DNA of 64,000 bases from Vicinamibacterales bacterium (GTDB taxonomy: Bacteria > Acidobacteriota > Vicinamibacteria > Vicinamibacterales > UBA2999). The DNA lies in contig DATCJA010000021.1 in NCBI GenBank assembly GCA_036507475.1, forward strand, positions 9,402 through 73,401. The letters are read 5' to 3'. The position numbers were made by a program, and so were the translations under genes. How positions within the stretch are numbered: position 1 is the first letter of the stretch; every line of letters starts with the position of its first letter. The notes under the pieces are model-generated. The model saw only the letters and a list, made by a program, of their open reading frames with translations, was not told the DNA's origin and made no database searches. Below are positions 59,191-64,000 of the stretch, in pieces.

Positions 59191-59658
59191 TTACAACCAC
59201 CGTCGTACTTGTCTTGTATATAAGTCGTATTCGGCACCGAAGCGGCGCCGCATGTAACTCTCCTCGCGGTCAATCACGTAATGCCGGATGATCACAAGTG
59301 CCGGGATGAGCAAAATAATCGGCCACCACGTGTTCAGCCATAGTCCGAACGCGACCGTCAGCAGCGCCGCCGCAACGTACATCGGATTCCGAGTGTACCG
59401 ATAGGGCCCAGCAATGACGAGGGTCGTCGCTGGCCGAAACGGAAGAAAACTGGTCCTCTTGCGACGGAACGTACCAACGCTGCTCCCCATCAGAAACAGA
59501 AAGCCTGCGAACAGGAGCCATGCAAGCGCGGGACGAAAAACGCCCTCACGAATCGGAAGACTCCGGCTACGTTCCAGCAAGAGACCTGCGATGACTGCCG
59601 ATGCATAAATGAGCGGGGGAGGGAACCGCACGCCGGGATTGTCAGCAGGCTCGCGCAT
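59191..59658 (-). CDS. ICMT/PEMT-family membrane methyltransferase
   Basis: LVIAGPYRYTRNPMYVAAALLTVAFGL...IIRHYVIDREESYMRRRFGAEYDLY. GGAGGTGAAC lies directly upstream of ATG 59658. Confidence 0.7.
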   Translation of the reverse strand: MREPADNPGVRFPPPLIYASAVIAGLLLERSRSLPIREGVFRPALAWLLFAGFLFLMGSSVGTFRRKRTSFLPFRPATTLVIAGPYRYTRNPMYVAAALLTVAFGLWLNTWWPIILLIPALVIIRHYVIDREESYMRRRFGAEYDLYTRQVRRWL

Positions 59659-59779
59659 GTTCACCTCCGAGTTGTCGCAATAGTGGACCGTATTGACCGT
59701 CCGAGTCGCAGCATGGTGTTCAGCGCCGCGAGGTCGATCACCGCGGCAGCATAGCCCAGATCCAATCAAGGGTTGGCGG

Positions 59780-59830
59780 AGTTATGGGAGAGTACGGGCT
59801 CGGCTCAAGTTATGGGACGGTACGGGCTCG
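59780..59830. repeat. Two 23-nt direct repeats spaced 28 nt apart
   Basis: AGTTATGGGAGAGTACGGGCTCG (59780-59802) and AGTTATGGGACGGTACGGGCTCG (59808-59830), 21/23 identical. They lie 120-170 nt upstream of the methyltransferase start. Confidence 0.8.
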
Positions 59831-60038
59831 ACCGAGTTCTGAGACACTACGCGCCCCCTTTACGACGCGCGCGAATCGATGGAGAGTCACACGAACTGAA
59901 TCACACAGTTCCTGTGGAGCCTCGACACGCGTGCATGACCCTTGCTTTGGCCGCCATGCGCGACGCTTCGCCCGGCAACGGACCGCACGCTGACGTTCGC
60001 GCATGACTGAGTACACCATCCGAGGGGCGACCTCACAC

Positions 60039-61151
60039 TCACACGACCGCGACCTTGACGTTGTGGATCGGGGGCAGCGAATCGAACAGGCAGTCCCACT
60101 GCTCACCGCCCTCCCTCCCGATCCAGAGCTGACCAGTCGTCGTTCCGAAGTAGAGCGCGGGTGTCTTCAGCCGGTCAATGTCCATCGCGTCACGCTGGAT
60201 AGTGAAGTAGCTCTGCTTCTTCGGTAGCCCACGCGCGAGCCGACTCCACGAGTCGCCACCATTCTCGCTGCGCCACACCGCGGGAGCGCCGCCTGGGCAG
60301 GTACGCGTCTGCGGCTCGAGGGGCATGACGTACACGGTGTCGGCGTCGTGCGGGTGGACGACGATGGGAAACCCGAAGTCTGAAGGCAATCCTTTGGCGA
60401 TCGATCGCCACGAGCGGCCGGAGTCGTCGCTGCGCAGCACGCCGATGTCCGGCCGCGGTCCCCCGGGCCCGGTCCAATCTGCCCATCCGCCGTGGTTCTG
60501 CATGTAGAGTCGGCCGGGCGCGTCGTCGTGCCGCGCGATCTTGTGCACGCACTGACCGAACTCGGGATAGGGATCGGGCGCGAAGCCGGCGCCGACGCCT
60601 TGATTGGACGCCCTGAACGTTTCGCCACTGTCCTCGCTCAGATAGTGACCGCCAGTCGAGATACCGAGGTGCATCCGATTCCCGTCGCGAATGATCGTGT
60701 GCATGCAGAGCCCGCCGTTACCGGGTTGCCACTTGCGCGCGTGCTCGTGGTTACTGATGCCGGGCACCATCTCCCAGGAATCGCCACCGTCATGGCTCCT
60801 GAACAACGACGCCGGTTCCACACCGCACCATAGTTCCTTTTTGCCGCCGCCGGCTTCGAGGGACCAGATGTTGACGAGCGCGCGTCCGTCCTCTTTGGGG
60901 AATGCCGGCGCCGACTTCGTCTCCGTGAAGCTTTTCCCCATGTTCGTCGAACGCAACACCTTCATGCCAAAGAACGGATTGCAGCTCGAGGCATACAGGC
61001 GCGGTGTACCGCGTGTGTCAATCAACGTCGAGTACACAGGGACGCCGGGACCGAAGGGTCCGCGCAACGCGAAGGTGCGCCTTGGCTTCGCGGCATCAGC
61101 GACGAATACGCCCTTCTTGGTGCCGATCGTGAGAATCACTCGATCCGCCAT
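60039..61151 (-). CDS. BNR/Asp-box repeat beta-propeller protein (sialidase-like fold), no signal peptide seen
   Basis: Asp-box-like repeats: RSTNMGKSF, RSHDGGDSW, LSEDSGETF, RSDDSGRSW, RSENGGDSW. Confidence 0.75.
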   Translation of the reverse strand: MADRVILTIGTKKGVFVADAAKPRRTFALRGPFGPGVPVYSTLIDTRGTPRLYASSCNPFFGMKVLRSTNMGKSFTETKSAPAFPKEDGRALVNIWSLEAGGGKKELWCGVEPASLFRSHDGGDSWEMVPGISNHEHARKWQPGNGGLCMHTIIRDGNRMHLGISTGGHYLSEDSGETFRASNQGVGAGFAPDPYPEFGQCVHKIARHDDAPGRLYMQNHGGWADWTGPGGPRPDIGVLRSDDSGRSWRSIAKGLPSDFGFPIVVHPHDADTVYVMPLEPQTRTCPGGAPAVWRSENGGDSWSRLARGLPKKQSYFTIQRDAMDIDRLKTPALYFGTTTGQLWIGREGGEQWDCLFDSLPPIHNVKVAVV

Positions 61152-61439
61152 TCACCCTCCTGAGACAGCCGGCAGGATCGTGACCACGTCCCCCGGCGTC
61201 AGTATCGTGTCGACCCCGTCGAGATCGCGCACATTGTTCGAGTTCACGAAGACGTTCAGGTGTCGGCGCACCGTACCCGTTTCGTCACAGACATTACGGT
61301 ACAAAGCGGACTGGCTCCGCTCGAGGTGCTCGAGTGCGGCGCGCACGGTGTGCGCCGAGATCGAGAGCTCCGTTGCGCCCGCGCAGTATGCCCGTAGCGG
61401 ACCTGGGACATGGATCGTGATCGTTGGCGCTACGGCCAT
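61152..61439 (-). CDS. MoaD/ThiS-family ubiquitin-like sulfur-carrier protein
   Basis: 95 aa, ending ...LTPGDVVTILPAVSGG*. This is the beta-grasp pattern with a C-terminal Gly-Gly. Its stop codon directly abuts the ATG of the BNR gene. Confidence 0.75.
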   Translation of the reverse strand: MAVAPTITIHVPGPLRAYCAGATELSISAHTVRAALEHLERSQSALYRNVCDETGTVRRHLNVFVNSNNVRDLDGVDTILTPGDVVTILPAVSGG

Positions 61440-61569
61440 GGTGTGAGACGTTATCGCTGTCTGTTGGAATGATGCAACCAGGGCGGTTCTGGACATATGT
61501 CACAAAAGCACTTGCTCGGACCCATCTGGCTCGAACTCGGAGTAGGCACGATTGTTGCCCCTTTTCCCC

Positions 61570-61597
61570 TTGACATCGCACCTTGACAGCGTATTCT
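61570..61597 (+). promoter_or_regulatory. Sigma-70-type promoter candidate
   Basis: TTGACA (61570-61575), a 16-nt spacer, then TATTCT (61592-61597). A second TTGACA lies at 61583. It sits about 100 nt upstream of GTG 61704, which has a GGAGGAGG Shine-Dalgarno. Confidence 0.4.
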
Positions 61598-61703
61598 CGC
61601 GTATCAGTCGGACGCTGACGCTGCGGTTTTCTGGCCACGTTCTAAGCAGATGTGAATGAGAAATGTGATCCATCGATGATCAGATGGCTGGAGGAGGTGT
61701 CAG

Positions 61704-62693
61704 GTGAGAAATCGATTCTTCGATGCCACGATTGCGTCAGGAGCCGTCCTGGTGATGGTCTCTTCGCTGGCGCCGGTCCCCCCCGCTGGCCGAACTCCGC
61801 TCGTAAGCTTCGTCGCGGTCGCCGAAGCCGCTGACGGAGGCGCCCAGGCGCCGACGGCCGCCGGGAAGGCATGGAATCCGCCACGCACCGCGGACGGCAA
61901 GCCGGATCTCCAAGGTATTTGGACTCCCAGCGTCGGGGGGCATACCTTCGAAGAGGGGGGCGACCCGGAGGCGGCCATCATTCAGGGGGACGATCCGCCC
62001 ACCGGAGAACGACCCACAGTGATTGTCGACCCGACGCCGGATGGAAGAATTCCTTACCAGCCGTGGGCGGAGGAGAAAAGGAGAGAACACCTCAGAAACA
62101 TTTTTGCCCCGACGGAGCCGGCGCACGTCGAGCCCGAAGACCGCTGCTTGCTCAACGGCGTGCCGCGCAGCAACTTGCGTGGCCAACTGCGGATTGTTCA
62201 GGCTACCGGATACATGGTGATGCTGTACGAATGGAACCACGCGTACCGCTTCATCCCCCTGGACGGGCGTCCGCATGTCGCAAAGGGCATCCAGCTGTGG
62301 AACGGGGACTCGCGCGGCCGGTGGGAAGGTGACACGTTGGTCGTCGACGTGACCAATTTCGCCGTCGACGCGAAGAATTTCAACAATCAGCCCTGGCTCG
62401 ATGGTCACGGGAGTTTTTATAGCGATACCTTGCACGTGGTCGAACGCTGGTCGCTGGCCGACGCCAACACGATCAATTACGAAGCGACAATCAACGACCC
62501 GAAGGTGTTTACGAGACCGTGGACACTGGCGTTCACCATCGGCCGCAACAGGGACAAGAGTTATGAGTTCTTCGAGGTGGCGTGTCACGAGGGGTACAAA
62601 CCCGAACTCGCGCTGGGGGCGGGAAGAGCCCTCAGAGCCGCAGGCAAAACCGGCATCCATGAGCACACCAAGGGTTTTTACGGGGGGAAATAG
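61704..62693 (+). CDS. Secreted hypothetical protein, paralogue of 8278-9144
   Basis: Shares the blocks listed for 8278-9144: DGKPDLQGIW, PYQPWAEEKR, YRFIPLDGRPH, WNGDSRGRWEGDTLVVDVTN, NYEATINDPKVFTRPWT. Confidence 0.7.
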   Translation: MRNRFFDATIASGAVLVMVSSLAPVPPAGRTPLVSFVAVAEAADGGAQAPTAAGKAWNPPRTADGKPDLQGIWTPSVGGHTFEEGGDPEAAIIQGDDPPTGERPTVIVDPTPDGRIPYQPWAEEKRREHLRNIFAPTEPAHVEPEDRCLLNGVPRSNLRGQLRIVQATGYMVMLYEWNHAYRFIPLDGRPHVAKGIQLWNGDSRGRWEGDTLVVDVTNFAVDAKNFNNQPWLDGHGSFYSDTLHVVERWSLADANTINYEATINDPKVFTRPWTLAFTIGRNRDKSYEFFEVACHEGYKPELALGAGRALRAAGKTGIHEHTKGFYGGK

Positions 62694-62729
62694 AACTGCG
62701 TAGTGAAGGTCGAAGGCCATCACAGAATC

Positions 62730-62966
62730 GGTTGAACTCGCCGAAGTCGACGAAGTCCTGCCACTTCTTGACGTCGGTGTGACCCGTGATCACCGTGTCG
62801 ACGTTCTTGATGGCGGTGGCCGCTTTGGCGATGGTCTCGCCGTACTCGATGCCGCTGCCGCCATTGTTGACGTCGATGAGCGGCTGAGCCGTGTTGGCAA
62901 ATACGTCGCCCGCATGCATCACGCGCCGGCTGCGAAACACCACAAACGTATCTCCATTGGTGTGTC
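62730..62966 (-). pseudogene. C-terminal remnant of an MBL-fold hydrolase gene of the same subfamily as 56799-57710
   Basis: HTNGDTFVVFRSRRVMHAGDVFANTAQPLIDVNNGGSGIEYGETIAKAATAIKNVDTVITGHTDV parallels HTKGDAILFVPQDRIAYLSEVFF...IFIPGHGPI. The N-terminal two thirds are absent, and the VOC gene occupies that side on the other strand. Confidence 0.45.
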
Positions 62967-63264
62967 GATTCTCGCGAACGACCTGCAGCGCTCGGCCTCG
63001 TTCTATCAGAGCGTCTTCGGGATGACCCCCGTGACCGAGGACAAGCCGAATCAAAGCCTCCGTCTGGGCATGAAACGAACGATTGTCTCGCTTCGCCACG
63101 AGGGTCCCTCGGGCGTCGTCGATCACTTCGCGATCAGCGTGGAGAACTTCAACAGGGAGGCGGTCACCCAACAGCTGAAGCAGCACGGCCTGACGCCGCA
63201 GCAGAATGTGCAGTTCGGCTTTCATATCAAGGACCCGGACGGCGTCGTCGTGCAAGTCGTGTAA
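62914..63264 (+). CDS. VOC (glyoxalase/bleomycin-resistance/dioxygenase) family protein
   Basis: VSILANDLQRSASFYQSVFGM...VDHFAISVENF...FHIKDPDGVVVQVV. The start could be ATG 62914 or GTG 62962. Confidence 0.75.
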   Translation: MHHAPAAKHHKRISIGVSILANDLQRSASFYQSVFGMTPVTEDKPNQSLRLGMKRTIVSLRHEGPSGVVDHFAISVENFNREAVTQQLKQHGLTPQQNVQFGFHIKDPDGVVVQVV

Positions 63265-63277
63265 AGCCTGGGTCGCG

Positions 63278-63679
63278 ATGGTCAGAAAATCCCGCACACG
63301 GAGGGCGCCGACATCTCGCGGAGCGCTCAGGTCGATGCGCGTGACCGACGGATTTCGCGCGTTCGTTCTCGAGCAGCTGGCAGGCGTCAAGTCCGTTCGC
63401 GCGCGGGCGATGTTCGGCGGCGTCGGGCTCTATGCCGACGATGTGTTCTTTGGTATTCTCGCCGCCGACACCTTGTACCTGAAAGTGGATGACAGCAACC
63501 GGGGCCAATACGAAGCCGAGGGCATGACGGCGTTCCAGCCCTACGCCGGCAAGCCCATGAGCATGTCCTACTACCAGGTGCCGGCACGCGTCCTCGAGGA
63601 TGGCGACGCGCTGACGGCATGGGCTCGAGCGTCGGTTCGTGTGGCCGCGGGCGCGACGGCCCGCAGAGCGCGTCGTTAG
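63278..63679 (+). CDS. TfoX/Sxy N-terminal-domain family protein
   Basis: FVLEQLAGV..VRARAMFGGVGLYADDVFFGILAADTLYLKVDD...FQPY...MSYYQVPARVLEDGDAL. An alternative start is ATG 63335. Confidence 0.75.
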   Translation: MVRKSRTRRAPTSRGALRSMRVTDGFRAFVLEQLAGVKSVRARAMFGGVGLYADDVFFGILAADTLYLKVDDSNRGQYEAEGMTAFQPYAGKPMSMSYYQVPARVLEDGDALTAWARASVRVAAGATARRARR

Positions 63680-63681
63680 TC

Positions 63682-63999
63682 TCAGGTTTCGTGAACAGGG
63701 GACTGTCTGATCCGGTTTGACAAGCGGGCGAAGACGAAGCCGCCTAACAGGGTCACGAATCCAAACGCAATCAGGAGCAGCGGCCAGCTGACGCTCCTCG
63801 CGAAATGTCGTTGGGCGTAATCGACGGTAAATCCAAGAAGACCGAGAATCGCGGCTGCGAGCATGGCGCGGCTGCGTAGCGCCAGCGCCGCATAGATGGC
63901 GAGTGTGGCGACAGCGGCGAACAGGGGCGCACCCGCCGTGTCGTACAGCATGCCGTACGCGCCTCCCAATCCGATGGCCGTTCCAACGAACAGCCAGAC
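63682..63999 (-). CDS. Membrane protein, C-terminal part. The 5' end lies outside the window.
   Basis: The frame is open to the window edge. Hydrophobic helices: LFAAVATLAIYAALAL, AAAILGLLGFTV, WPLLLIAFGFVTLLGGFVFA. Confidence 0.5.
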   Translation of the reverse strand, partial: VWLFVGTAIGLGGAYGMLYDTAGAPLFAAVATLAIYAALALRSRAMLAAAILGLLGFTVDYAQRHFARSVSWPLLLIAFGFVTLLGGFVFARLSNRIRQSPVHET

Positions 64000-64000
64000 T

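Overview
A 64-kb, high-GC (about two-thirds G+C by eye) bacterial chromosomal segment. The gene style suggests an Acidobacteriota- or Gemmatimonadota-like soil bacterium: a Ser/Thr kinase fused to a TolB-like propeller, a CarboxypepD_reg/cytochrome c protein, NHL and SMP-30 propellers, and REP-like GTAGTGTCCGGCTTTAGCCGGAC hairpins. This placement is inference only. Core genes recognised: an Omp85-type barrel (partial), SMP-30 lactonase, an MddA-like methyltransferase plus a PIG-L deacetylase, ftsB, cutA, a dedA-family gene, a trans-sulfuration PLP enzyme, rnc with an N-terminal extra domain, hutH-hutU, purA, a PilZ protein, an ABC-2 exporter pair, ligD (ligase-polymerase), rpoD, a subclass B3 metallo-beta-lactamase, a cold-shock protein, a 2852-aa cyclic beta-1,2-glucan synthase, an RRM RNA-binding protein, a cyclophilin, a MoaD/ThiS-like protein abutting a BNR propeller, a VOC enzyme and TfoX. 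There are three tRNAs: initiator Met, Lys-UUU and Arg-UCU. Two of them anchor decayed integrative regions. (1) About 10.4-19.97 kb, ending at tRNA-fMet, holds three large-serine-recombinase remnants, several toxin-antitoxin modules (some intact-looking, some truncated), a duplicated HigB fragment and an apparently intact PvuII-like restriction endonuclease plus SPPF-motif methyltransferase operon. (2) About 54.85-58.95 kb lies downstream of tRNA-Arg. It is bounded by a perfect 46-nt duplication of the tRNA 3' half, carries further degenerate T-arm/acceptor copies, and has no integrase. The most unusual items are listed here. Four paralogous mini zinc-ribbon genes (CPxC-x18-20-CxxCGxxW) cluster at 51.2-52.4 kb. 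A roughly 40-bp hairpin overlaps the stop codon of the RNase III gene itself. Several intergenic arrays of low-complexity k-mers occur, including eight ATCGAT sites in 125 nt. A REP-like hairpin sits in frame inside ligD. Stacked hairpins, one covering a start codon, lie between the two ABC transporter genes. No CRISPR array, rRNA, prophage structural module or intact transposase was seen. All functional calls come from reading the translations and recalling motifs. None has been checked against a database.
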